Positions 39,685-52,677 of a stretch of 64,000 nucleotides of DNA are shown piece after piece. The position numbers and the translations under genes are program-made. The DNA is from Mytilus trossulus. Its lineage: Eukaryota. The stretch is from assembly GCF_036588685.1 (NCBI RefSeq), contig NC_086373.1, forward strand, positions 109,430,001 to 109,494,000. The letters are read 5' to 3'. The notes below the pieces were generated by a model. That model had not been told where the DNA came from and made no database searches. It saw nothing but the letters and a program-made list of their open reading frames with translations. The first letter of the stretch is position 1, and the number at the start of each line of letters is the position of its first letter.

Positions 39685-42099
39685 TCATAGTATATGCTAT
39701 ATATAATCACATTTGAGTTATTTGTCTATATAGATGATGTTTTACTGCCTCCTGCTTTCGAATACATCAACCCCATTCATGTCTTAGAAAAACTTGAAAA
39801 ATGAAGCAGAGAGACCTACACTTTTCTAAGGATAAACATTAGAACCTAAGTAGATGTACATAAATTATTTTTAACACAAACAAACCAACTGATAATAAAA
39901 CATATAAAAACAATTCTTTTTTTACATAAATAAGGCCGTTTAGTTTTCTCGTTTGAATTCAGGTTTACATTGTCTTATCGGGGCCTTTTGTAGCTGACTA
40001 TCCGGTCTTTTATAGCTGACTATCCGGTTTGGGCTTTGCTCATTGTTGAAGGCCGTACGGTGACCTATAGTTGTTAATGTTTGTGTCATTTTGGTCTGTT
40101 GTGGATAGTTGTCTCATTGGCAATCATACCACATCTTCTTTTTTTATATTATAAAGAAAATATAACAGACATAATACATATTTCAAATGTTAAAAGGTTA
40201 TCAACCGAAACATGCATATATACATATAACAAATGATAAAATATGTCATTCCGATCAAAAGATTTTAAGTTTACACTTTGTCGTTGCATGGGTAATGCAT
40301 TATCAATGTCATTTAAAAGTTTACTGATAACAAGAATGGGGTTAGAACAAGATTTCAGAAAACTGGAAAAGAAAATGTAAACTGCAAGAGAAAATGATTT
40401 CCACTCATAATTAGAGATGTGGTGACATTCTACTTAGAGGTAAGCTAGTAGATATATAGTTTGTACTTGTGATACAAGGCGACAGTGTTTTGTAAAGTGG
40501 TATAAAGTCAAATATTAATGACAGTAGTTTGCAGTGCTTACTTGAATCAATGTCAAATGAGAACAATGGCTAATCTTCAACTTGTATTCGCTCATAAGTA
40601 GGACAATAATCATTTCAACTCCTTAAAAGATTTAGATAAATGTTTGTTCTATAAATTGGTTTCTTTCAATCATTATTTCGTAACATATATCTTAAGTGGG
40701 CAAGGCAAAATACCAACCAACAAATCAAATTGCTAAAAAAAAAAAGCAAATTTAATCAATTCACATCAAATGGTTTTAATGCTAATAATCAGGTATTCCA
40801 GACTAGAATTATAATGTATGAATCATGTCAACTGAAACTATAGAATGCCACTTATCTATCAAATATATCATTTGAAAGAAGTGTAACTGCTTACAACGGA
40901 ATGTACTCGTCACTTGTATATCATCCCTTTTAAATTTCAATTTTCAAATTCTCTATTTCCTCCTTTCGGGCATAACAAAATACATGTATATATAGATATA
41001 CCAACCATTCTAGTCCTGCTCGCTCTGGTTATGTTAATTATACACAGAACATAAGGAACATACAAACGAGACATCATATAAGTATAAATCATACAAGTCC
41101 AGTTAGTAAATATAGAAAGGTAACTCTGAATGCTGTAATAAACATTTTCTTTTAACCAGGTAAAGTACAGTTATACTGTTTTTCTGCAAAGTGAAACTTT
41201 TAAATAAAATTCACACACAGAAAAGATTAAAATGTATTGTCTTCATTTATCATTAAGTATTTTAATTTGGGAATTTATCAAACTGAGATAGTAATGTTTT
41301 ATCTCCTATGGTTATATTTAGGACATTAATTTAAAAGTAAAAAATGTGTTTCGTCTTCCACTTGGTTTTAACAACAGAACTGAAAAGCTGTTCATATCTG
41401 GGTATATTAAGATTTCCACAAATTGAAAGGTGTAATGTTTACTAGTAATTTATATAGGTTTATATGTGTACTGGTCAGATCCGTTGACAGAACCTTCGGC
41501 GGATCACTTGGGGCTCCGACTTCATGGAATGTATCAAAAACAAAATACGCCAAAATTTCCTCTATACAGAACTCTGGAAATCGCATTCCATAAAAAAATG
41601 TAATCATAAACGAATATAAACCCAAATGAAATGTAATAAAATCTACATAAGTGATGAGTCACATCGTTAAATTTAAATTATTTCTGTCGTAGCATAAAGT
41701 ATAGACAAATCTTTGATATATATTAAAGATTGATAGATAGTTTATTTTCTAATAAAACCATGGAATACAAAGGTTACAGAGAAGTTAAATACATGCATAC
41801 CAAATATTACCCAACGACATGAAACAGTCTCGATAATTTCATTTTCACACCAGCGCATAACGCTTCCGTCCTTTTCGATTAAGAAAATCCTCTGAATTCA
41901 TGTCCTCATTATCGTTTTCGTCAATGGATTTTTTTTTATATATGTTTAGATTTGCAAAGTTGATCAATAATAATCTGTTATCCCTTGTGTCACTACTGTT
42001 TGTAATCCAATGGCTTATATCTTTAGAATTATTATACACATAGTCACTTGATAAATTGCAGGATTTGTCATTACCTTTGAAAGTTTTAGAATTTATTGT

Positions 42100-42360
42100 G
42101 TTTGGAAGAATCTTTTAATATTTTAGACGAAAAGATTTTTTGACATTATGTAAATTTAGAATATGTAACCATAAACTTCCAGTCGAACTTGGAAGATGGT
42201 ACAATATAGAAAGGGAAACAAGAAAGTGTAATTTATGTAAGCTAGATATTAGAGATGAATTTCATTACATTATTAATTGTTCACATTTTAGAAGAGAGAA
42301 ATAAATTTAAAATCGAAATCTTAATATAAGGCCAAATATTATAGTATTTACTGAAATTTT
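42100..42360 (+). mobile_element. Fragment of a related LINE C-terminal domain
   Basis: Translates to CKFRICNHKLPVELGRWYNIERETRKCNLCKLDIRDEFHYIINCSHF. Confidence 0.7.
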
Positions 42361-44380
42361 AGGCGACTGTCGTACAAGCGAGAGATTTACCAATCTATAC
42401 AATCAGGTTCAATCCACCATTTTCTGCATAGGAAAATGTCTGTCAGGAACATGACAGCTTTTTCTATTCGTTTGATGTGTTTGAGCTTTTGAATTTGCCA
42501 TTTGATATGGATTTTTCTATTTTGAATTTTCCTCGGAGTTCGGTATTTTTCTAAGTTATGACGGTTCCCTAAGTCATTCTTCAACCATCATCCTTGAATT
42601 TCCTTTTACACTAGCTATCACGGGGCTAAACTATCTTGCCTGTTGTTTGTCTGAAATCTTAATATTTGGGCCTCTGTTTTTCTTGTTTGCTGTTTTGGAA
42701 TATTGAAATGCCTCATTCTTCCTATAATAAACGTAATAATCAAAAGAAAATCAATAGGTCTTTCCACCTTTTAAACTTTTATATGGAAAGATATCTTTTG
42801 TTTATTTAACGCATCAATGTAAATATAACGGAATTTGATGAGACTGTTATTAAAGTGAGAGGGTTAGCGCTATAGAACCAGGTTTAATCCACCATTTTCT
42901 ACATTTGAAAATGCCTGTACCAAGTCAGGAATATGACAGTTCTTGTTCATTCGTTTTTGATGCGTTTAATTTGATTTTGCCATGAGATTATGGATTTTCC
43001 GAATTTCTCTAAGTTCAGTATTCTTGTGATTTTACTTTTTAATCCCCTCGAGTAATATTAGATCATTCTACTTTTCTGAGACATTTGTCTGTGGAACGAC
43101 CTATTGTATTTGTTCTAAATATTAGGCCTTTAAAGGCCTTTCGCTTTTATTTTGATATCTATCTTATTAAAATCTGTCGTCTTGAATTTTTTTGTGTTTT
43201 GTTACACGACATATTAAAATAATTTTTATCCAAGGATGTCGTACAGTGATGTGTATTTGCCGACCCCCCCCCCCCCCTGTGTAACAGAACAATTATTCAT
43301 ATAGTGTTATCTCCCTCTGTCCCCTTTTTCTAGTTATCTAAATTTCTCTGAAACCTTAAAAGATATCAACACAGATTTGTCTCAAATGGTCATCTTGTCT
43401 ATAGCATGTTTTGTTAAGTTTAACCAAAGTGACCTAATGCCATCTTACGGGAGTAATATCCATTCCAAAATTTAAAATGGGTGATATGCTGATGTTTGTT
43501 ATTTAAATAAAGACAACACAATTACCATTAGGAACTCCTTTTTTCGATTCGCCTAAAGCTATACCACTTTTACTCTACTATGAAGTTCTGATTAAATCAT
43601 ATCCTAAAAATGAGAGCTGATAAGCATTAATTACCACTTCTAAGACTTTAAACTTGTACTTAAATTCTGTTCTATTCTCTTACTTTACTTTAACATCCAA
43701 TAACATCTGTTTAAGCACAAACTCATCTGGGTACATTTCCGATTGATTATGTATGTAAAAGCATACATTCTCGTATTACACTGTTATCCAGAATTAAGAA
43801 ACATCTAGATATTTCTAATACAAATATTTTTATGATCTTTATATTATGACCAAATTTGATTTTTATTGTTCAATATTGGGAAATGGTAATGCATGAAAAT
43901 CAAAGAATAAATATGATGCAACACAGAAAACAGAGCTGCAAGAATTCTTCTTATGTACTAATATTTAAAAGGTAAATCACCAAAAATACTTAACTCTGAG
44001 AAAAATTAAAAAAGGAAAGAGGCACAAAATCTAAACCTGAAACACATTTAAAGAAATGGATAACAACTGTCATATACATAACTTTGTACATATCATACTG
44101 ACAACGATATGTGAACAAAACAAACAGACATGATAGATGTATATGTCAAAATAGAGGTACAGCAGTAAATATTGTGTGATCATCTTAGTCCCTATAAAAC
44201 CAGATAAATATGTAAAAAAGGAAGCACAAAAAACCAAACATATAGACAAACCAGGTAATAAACATACATCGTGAAACAAAAACAAAAAAACCCAAAGTTT
44301 AAGACTACAGAATAAAATAAAAGTAAGCATAATAAAAGCAAAATGCCTTTCCACGAAATTAGTGGAAAGGCTTAATATTT

Positions 44381-45243
44381 CCCCGAGGGTATCACAAGCC
44401 TAGTAGTCGGCACTTTTTGTGCTGATGTGAATTGTGAATTATATGGTTATATTTATGAATTTACTGTTTACAAATTTTTGATTTTTTTGATATACTACGG
44501 CTTTTCTACATCAGGCATAGATCACCATAGCTGTATTTGGCAAAACTTTTAGGAATTTCGGATCTCAATGCTCTTCAACTTCGTACTTTATTTGGCCTTT
44601 TTTTTTTTTTTTTACTTGTTTGGATTCGAGCGTCACAGATGAGTCTTTTGTAGACGAAGCGCGCCTGGCGTATATAATAAATTTAGTCCTGGTATCTATG
44701 ATGAGTTTATTTACATTCAGAACAAATACAATAGCTCTTTCCACTGAAAAATGGCACGGAAAAGTGGAAAGACCTAAAATTAATCTGAAAAAGAAAAACA
44801 AGTTATATGAGCGTCACTACTGAGTTTTATGTAGACGATACGCGCGTCTGGCGTACTTAATTATAATCTTGGTACCTTTGATAACTATTTACACCACTGG
44901 GTCGATGCCACTACTGGTGGTCGTTTCGTCCCCGAGGGTATCACCAACCCAGTAGTCAACACTTCAGTTTTGATATGGATATCAATAATGTGGTCATTTT
45001 TATAAATTTCCTGTTTACAAAACATTGAATTTTTCGAAAAACTAAGGATTTTCTTATCCAAGGCATAGATTACCTTAGCCGTATTTGGCACAACTTTTGG
45101 GAATTTTGGATCCTCAATGGTCTTCAACTTTGAACCTTTTTTAGCTTTATAAATATTTTAATATGAGCATCACTGATAAGTCTCATGTAGATGAAACGCG
45201 CGTCTGGCGTACTAAATTATAATCCTGGTTCCTTTGATAACTA
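44381..45243 (+). mobile_element. Non-LTR retrozyme cluster with three degenerate hammerheads and one complete 356-nt monomer
   Basis: Hammerhead motifs at 44631-44670, 44812-44853 and 45168-45209. Cleavage-site to cleavage-site distance 44848-45204 is 356 nt. The body motif CCCGAGGGTATCACC...GTATTTGGC is repeated. Confidence 0.8.
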
Positions 45244-46295
45244 TCTTTCCACGAAAAGCAGAAAGACCAAATAATCAGAACAAATACATTATGGCTTTCC
45301 GTTAAAGTAAAAAAAAAACGTATAATAATCAGAACAAAGCCAAAAGGTCTTTCCACAGAAAAGTTGAAAGACTTAATAACAAAATACGCCTTTCCACAGA
45401 AGAATGGCAAAAGATAACAATCGCAACAAATGCAAAAGATCACAAAATCTGAACAAAGCAAAAGGTCTTTCCACGAATATTGGAAAGTCCTAATATCGAC
45501 TTTAGGCAAAGAGGGTGACATAATCAATCATTCTTTAAGGCCCTTAATTAATAGGAAATTTACCTATAAGCTTTTGTATTTCAACAGATGTTATTGGACT
45601 ATCTTGCATTGATATATATATATATATATATATATATCTTTATAAGTTTTATTATCTTGTGTCTGATTCGTTTTACACGTTTAAGCCAATGAAATATGTT
45701 TTAACTAATTAAGCTATTTTTTGGGAGGTTATAACCAGCATAGAAGTTGTTTGGAAAGACATTATTCCATTTAGTTGTTTAAACACTATTTATTTATAGT
45801 GTTGACATCACAGTTTAATGTTTTCTCGTTCTCGTCCGTATTTATACCATGGGTATGAAGTATTACCAGCATACATTTTAATGACTGCCTTTGATGACTC
45901 CAAAGTCATATTATTTATAAATAAAACGAACTGTACGGGGGCTAAGAGGATCTTTGAGGAACCTCCTAATTAATAAAAATCAGAATCTAAAGATGTATTA
46001 CCTGATCACACTTTTTGTGGTCAACTAGAGAGGTATGACTTGAACCATGACTGAATGATCCGAGACTTTTTGTAACTGTAACTGCAGATGATTATATGAT
46101 CAACATGAATGAATCATCAAATTGAGACAACTCCAAGAAACTATTTAATTTAGCAATAAGATTGATCAATCCGAAACTGAAATGTATATCAATTAACTAA
46201 CTTCGAGATTAATATTAAGTTTTGGCTATGATAAGACGAAATGATTTACGGTAGACCTTAAAGCTAAAGACTTTGTATTTTTATTTACATAGGTA

Positions 46296-48041
46296 ATGGC
46301 ATCAAGTAAACCTATACCATGTGGACCTTGTGAAGAAGGAAAGGTTTATACTAAAGCTGACATCTGGTGTAACAACTGTGATGAAGGCTTATGTTCAACA
46401 TGTTTAAGTCATCACAAAAAATGCAAAGGAACACGTGATCATAAAACTATTGATATCAATTATAAACCATTACTCCAAGCCATCAAAACAGAATGTGACA
46501 AACACGACAAGCAACTTCACCTGTACTGTCCCAGCCATTTAATACCTTGCTGCGATGAATGTATTTCAAGGAGTCATTCAAAATGTACAGGAATAAAAAG
46601 TTTAACTAGTGTGGTGGAGAAAACGAATGTAGAAAAATCTAAAGAATCTGTAGAAAGAGATATCAAATTCATCTCACGTCTCTTTGAAAAAAATCTAAAT
46701 AAAAAGTTAAGCAACATCAAAACAGGGGAACAACAATGTGAAAGCATAAAAGAGTCAATCTTTAAAGTTAGGGAGAACATAAATAAACATTTAGACCGTC
46801 TTGAGAAAAAAATATGGCAAGAAGCAGACGGACTATTGGATTATGAAAAATCAACAGCCACATCTTTCGTTACTGAAATTGAGGAGGAAAATACAAACTT
46901 ACAGACAATGGAAGACCATTTACAAAGTGTCACAACCCACACATCGAAACTCCAATCATTTCTAGGAGTACATCAGATTCAACAACAATTACATGCATAT
47001 CAACGATATGCGGAAGATATTGAAAATGATGACAGAGCCAACAAGTTTGACATCAAAATGAAACAAAATGATGTTATAGAAAACATACAAAGTCAGTTAG
47101 AATCACTAGAATCCCTTGGAGAAGTAGCAGTTGTTCAAACAGAAACATCGTTGAATAGGGAAACAAATGTGAGAAGGTATCCACAAGTAGAATCACAGGA
47201 ACAACCCAACATAAACAACATCACGATGAATATTAAGACATCCACGGATATAAATATGAAGATGAATATCAGTGATATGATTTGTCTGATGGATGGAAGA
47301 GTATTAGTAGCAGAACTATATGGTAACGTTAACCTTTTTACTTCTGGCGGTAAACTACAAAAACAGTTACCAATATATGGTGGAGCATACAGTGTTATAC
47401 AGATCAATCATACAGTCATTGCCATAACGTATCCTCTTGAGAAAGCCATAAAGATCTTCAATATGGAGAATGAAACAGTTATCCGATGTATCCCATTAGA
47501 CAAAAAATGCTATGGTTTATCATTCTACAACAATTCTCTAGCTGTAGGTTTGTCACTGTACAAAAGAGGGACGAAAAGTACAAGAGGGACATCCAATAAT
47601 TCCTTGGTTGAAGGTGTGAATGATAATGAAATCCGTATAATAGACTTTGAAGAAAATACACAGAAGTCACTAAAAGTGCAGAGCACCTCACCACTGTGGC
47701 ACCTTGTTTACTGTTACAACAGAGTTATCTATAGTGACTATAAAGGTAATGCAGTAAATTGTGTGGATGGATCAGGTAAACAGATCTGGCAATATACACA
47801 GGATTTATCAGGGCCAAGAGGACTTTCTACAGATACTTGTGGTAACATTATTGTAGCAGATTATTACTCTAATAGAATAATACTTATATCTAAAGATGGA
47901 AAGGGTAGCAAAGTACTGACCAATCCAGAGGATGGAATAGAGAAACCTCGTTGTATTTATTTTAAACACAATGAATCGTTAGTGTTTTCATGTGATTGTC
48001 GTGGAAAATACTTGGCAAAATTTGGTTTATCTTCTGAATAG
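46296..48041 (+). CDS. RING-less TRIM-like protein (two B-boxes, coiled coil, NHL-like beta-propeller), 581 aa, single coding exon
   Basis: B-box 1 CGPC..CNNCDEGLCSTC..HH..H, B-box 2 CDKH..YCPSH..CCDEC..H..C, a long helical region, and NHL-like blades (LSGPRGLSTDTCGNIIVADYYSNRI). An acceptor tttacatag| 3 nt before the ATG implies an upstream non-coding exon. This architecture is expanded in bivalves. Confidence 0.9.
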   Translation: MASSKPIPCGPCEEGKVYTKADIWCNNCDEGLCSTCLSHHKKCKGTRDHKTIDINYKPLLQAIKTECDKHDKQLHLYCPSHLIPCCDECISRSHSKCTGIKSLTSVVEKTNVEKSKESVERDIKFISRLFEKNLNKKLSNIKTGEQQCESIKESIFKVRENINKHLDRLEKKIWQEADGLLDYEKSTATSFVTEIEEENTNLQTMEDHLQSVTTHTSKLQSFLGVHQIQQQLHAYQRYAEDIENDDRANKFDIKMKQNDVIENIQSQLESLESLGEVAVVQTETSLNRETNVRRYPQVESQEQPNINNITMNIKTSTDINMKMNISDMICLMDGRVLVAELYGNVNLFTSGGKLQKQLPIYGGAYSVIQINHTVIAITYPLEKAIKIFNMENETVIRCIPLDKKCYGLSFYNNSLAVGLSLYKRGTKSTRGTSNNSLVEGVNDNEIRIIDFEENTQKSLKVQSTSPLWHLVYCYNRVIYSDYKGNAVNCVDGSGKQIWQYTQDLSGPRGLSTDTCGNIIVADYYSNRIILISKDGKGSKVLTNPEDGIEKPRCIYFKHNESLVFSCDCRGKYLAKFGLSSE

Positions 48042-48682
48042 TATATACACTTAGAAGTCAAATGATATAGCCTGAGTTTGATACATGTACTGCTACCTAT
48101 TATAATTATTTATACATGTATTCAATAACATTCAAAGAGAATCATTAAATTAATTTCAATCTGTACAAGTAAGTTTGGACTTTATTATTTTATCAAATCT
48201 CTGTATAATAGGAAACATTCAAATTTAAGTTTGAGTATATTTAGTAAAAGTCTTATTAGAAAATTATAATCCCTCGTGTACATTTGTTCTTTAACTTCCT
48301 TTGAATCGTCAGAAAACGATATTAGAAATTTGCAAGGAGATGATTTATAAGAAAGAGACAATTCTTATCTTTGATTCTAAAATGGTTTCATATGAAGAAC
48401 ACATAATTAAAGGTATTTCAACTACAAGTAAATATAATTCTTTCAAATATGGAAAATTGTATGTATAATACTAACAAAAACTTACAGCTGTACAGATTTC
48501 AATAAAGTATGATAAATTATAAAAAAAAATGCACGTATAAGCGAGCAAACTAAATGATGGACAAACAATGTGCAATATTGAGCAACAAATGAAGAATAGA
48601 AGAAAATGGCCATAAAATTTAACGAATACAGTAGTGGTAGCCTCTAATTTGAACCCGTTTTCTAATAGCATATTTATTGACA

Positions 48683-49121
48683 TGTCCACTTGTATTTTTT
48701 GTCTATCTGATGAGTTAAGCCTTTTTCAACTGATTTTTATAGTTCGTTCTTATGTTGTACTGTTATACCACTGTTCCAGGTTAGGGGGAGGGTTGGGATC
48801 TCGCTAACATGTTTAACCCCGCCACATTATTTATGTATGTGCCTGTCCAAAGTCAGGAGCCTGTAATTCAGTGGTTGTCGTTTGTTTGTGTGTTACATAT
48901 TTGTTTTTCGTTAATTTTTTTACATAAATAAGGCCGTTAGTTTTCTCGTTTGAATTGTTTTACATTGTCCTTTCGGGGCCTTTTATAGCTGACTATGTGG
49001 TATGGGCTTTGCTCATTGTTGAAGGCCGTACGGTTACCTATAGTTGTTAATGTTTGCGTCATTTTGGTCTTTTGTGGATAGTTGTCTCATTGGCAATAAT
49101 ACCACTTCTTCTTTTTTATAT
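48683..49121 (+). repeat. Abundant interspersed repeat, family A
   Basis: Copies or fragments at about 27043-27520 (-), 4230-4445 (-), 39920-40150, 33170-33482, 35680-35810 and 2130-2365. Shared motifs CCAAGTCAGGAGCC and CATTGGCAATCATACCACATCTTC. Class not determined. Confidence 0.8.
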
Positions 49122-51559
49122 TGGTTTAAGCAAAAGGACATTATGTTATAGGAATTATAATTTAGAACCATTTATCTGTATTTCTATCATTCATTTAAAA
49201 ATTGTATCTTAAATGTTAGTGCATATTTAAAAAAGTAAGCAAAATGACAGAGGAAACACAGATCACTTTGAAAGAATCAAAGGGAACAATTTGTCCAATT
49301 TCCTTTGTCTCCATTAAAGACTGTAATATAATATAATTTTATTTGGCCGAAAACATAAATCTTTAACAAACATTTCATTACAATAATATAAAATTTTTCC
49401 TATTGAACATCCTTCAGTGCATTTCCCCATTTCCTAATCAAAGTATATGTTTTCCCTATAACACCTACTTATGTAGCGAATTTTATTTTAGTGTGTTGGT
49501 GTGTATTGAATTGTGTTCTGTGTGGTTGTGTGAAGTAAACTGTGCTCTGTATGATTTTATGTATTAAGCTGTGTTTTGTGCGATATTATGAGTGAATTAG
49601 TTCTCTGAAATGTTATGTTATCAAAAATAGTGCATTGAATAGTGTTCTGTGGGATGTTATATGTTTTGTTGTGAAATGTATGTTGACGTGGTGGTGTGTA
49701 TTGCATTATGCGTTGTGTGGTATTATGTAGTGAATTGTATTTCGGTGTGATGTTGTGTATGGAATTATGCTTTGTGTGGTGTAATGAAGATAATTATATT
49801 CCGGTGTGATGTTATATATTGAATTGTGCTTTGTGTGATGCTATAGAGCAATATGAGCTTTGTGTACTGTATTGTATTGCAGGAGAAAGGAATCCATGTA
49901 AATGGTTTATAAAAATAAGTTGTGCTTATAACTTTTTTGCTTGTTAAAATCTCAATAAATTCGACCTTTTACATTCAATATTTTGTATATTTTTTGCGAA
50001 TGCGAATTTGTATCTTTTCGCGCAAAAAATATCTTAAAAGCATTTAAACAAATCGTTGATGATCCAATACATTAGCTTAGATTTCGCAATATAACAGATG
50101 TACTTTGATTGATAATTACTTAGTTGCATCGGCAGGTCGGAAGCTTAAACCAAGGCAATGGTTGAATATTATGAGTATAAATGATCAAAACACAGATTTT
50201 CAACTTTCCGCACTTTCATAGCAAATGACTACAAATTATTCACAGGGTTTCCATCTATCATTTAGAGCCAGATCAACTGCCTCTCTTCCATGTTTTAATT
50301 TTGTCCTATGGTTAAAACTATATACTGACCTTGAGTTCCGCGGATTCAGGATACTACAACACAAAAGAAATTGTTGCATATTTTTAATAACAACTCCACA
50401 TTTTGACATTTTGACCTATTATATAGGTAAAAGAAGATGTGGTATGAGTGTTTATGAGACAATTTTCCAACTAGTCACAACTTGTAAAAGTAAATCTTTA
50501 TAGGTAAAAGTACGGTCTTCAACACAGAGCCTTGTCTCACACCAAAAAAAAAGCTATAAAGGACCCCAAAAATGATAACTTATTATGTCTCTTCACTCAT
50601 AGTTGTTAATTTTCTACATAAACAAATGCCTGTACCAAGTCAGGAATATAACACTTGTTATCCATTTGCTTGATGTGTTTGAACTTTTGATTTAGTCATT
50701 TAGTTAGGGACTTTCCTTTTTGATTTTTTCTTGGTGTTCAGTATTTTTGTGATTTTACTTTTGTTCCATTACAAATTAATATCATTTAAAAAGTAAAATC
50801 ACAAAAATACTTAACTCCGAGGAAAATCAAATCGGAAAATCCATATTCACATGGGGAAATTAAATGACAAAACACATCAAAAACGAATGGAAACTTTCAT
50901 ATTCCTGACTTGGTACAGGCATTTTGAAATGTAGAAAATAGTGGATTAAACCTAGTTTTATAGGCTAATTGTTGATTTTAGTTTAAAAGTGCACAATTTC
51001 TCTTTTTGAAACCAGATATACCAGAACAGGCTTTCTATGATTTCTCTGTAGGTTTGCTGCTAAAAGGTATTATAACAAAAATACTGAACTCCGTGGAAAA
51101 TTAAAAACCAAAGTTTCCTAATCAAATGGCATCAAAAGCTCAAACACATCCAACGAATGGACAGGGATTTTCTTATTTAGAAAAATGGGGGTTTACACCT
51201 TGTTTTATAGCTAGCTAAACCTCTCACAGTTGTATAAAATTCCATTTCATTAACAACGATGTGTGAAAAAACAAAGAGACACAATATTAAGTATATACAA
51301 ATGTCAAAAATAGGGGTACATCAGTCAACGTTGGTTTATATCTTGATCACTATAAAAACAAAAAGATGCATAGACAAATATTTTCCATGACACAATTACA
51401 CAATGACGGGATGCATAAGCACAGAGCCACGTCACATGCAAGAAAGAAACACAAAAAGGCACAGAGACAAAGCACAAAAGCAAAAACGAAAGATGCTTAA
51501 TTATCATAAGACAATTACACCATGAACATAGACTTAAAACAACTAAGAAATTTGTTCCA

Positions 51560-51667
51560 AGACCTATGACTTTGTTTATATCATTGCTTAAGATTCAATA
51601 CTATATGCTTGTCTGGGTAACAATCCAATATTTGGATTTTACACCTTTTAATGATTTGATTTGATTT
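51560..51667 (+). mobile_element. 3' tail fragment of the same LINE family as 37744-38991
   Basis: GGTAACAATCCAATATTTGGATTTTACACC followed by (ATTTG)n, matching 38935-38991. Confidence 0.7.
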
Positions 51668-52677
51668 ATGTCCTGACAGTAAAAATATCAGCGTTCTGTC
51701 ATACTAGTTGGAGGTTTAGCTAGCATTTAAACCAGGTTTAACCCACCATTTTTCATTGAAAAATTGCTTTATCAAGTCCGGGTAATATGGCCGCTGTTTT
51801 TCTCACGCGTTTAGTTAGTTGATAATGGTTGATTTTGTCAGTTTTTATGGACTTCCTGTTTACCTTAGAGTTCGACATTTTTACTATATTTTTAGCAAAT
51901 TAAGGTTGTTTGTCAAATTAACAATTACATAAGAAGAAGAACAGTGCAATCAAGAATAACAAGCAACAAAAGAGGCAGAATATGCTCAAGTTACACTCTA
52001 TCTTTATATGTCGAAGACAAACACAACATTATGAATAAAAAAAATTACTAAAGATAAACAATCCTGGAAAACACTTTTAAAAAATCTAAGAATTGAGCAA
52101 CACGAACCCTACTGAAAAGGCCGATGGAATTCGGTCTCAAACGATAATGTCATAATCAAAAGCGGGATTGAAGGTACCAAATTTGAGATATATCAATGCT
52201 CATATGCTCATATAAGGCACACATATTCCATGACTTCAACTTTACCTCGTGGAATCTTCAAATCATTTTTGGCGGATACATAAATGAAACAATTACTTTG
52301 AAAGTAGTTTACAAGTTTTGTTGTAGCTTTAGTCTTATGTAACCCATGGGCTATTTTTGCATTTATCAAAGAAAACAGAGTTTAGGAACATGACTTTATT
52401 ATACAATGAATCTGACCACTGACCACCGGTTGCGATGAGTACTTTAGATGGCTAATTTCTGAAATACAAAAAATAAACATTCAAATGACACACTCGGACT
52501 TCCAAAGTATATATTTATTTCTTTTTCTTAACTTTCGAAAGAATAAATGTATCATTGTTTAACCAAAACAGAGATGGTGCATGTATCATTTAGATAAATT
52601 GATGGAAATAACTGTTTGACTATATAATTTGAAGGTTAAGAAATATTAGATAACTTTGTTGAATTCTTACTTGTGGT

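Noticed and set aside
44565-45527. Several 60-114 aa ORFs
   Set aside because: Chance frames across retrozyme and HINE fragments.
46574-47694. Minus-strand ORFs
   Set aside because: Antisense shadows of the TRIM CDS.
48707-48760. CTGATGAG in repeat family A as a hammerhead
   Set aside because: No stem II followed by GAAA and no cleavage-site stem could be built.
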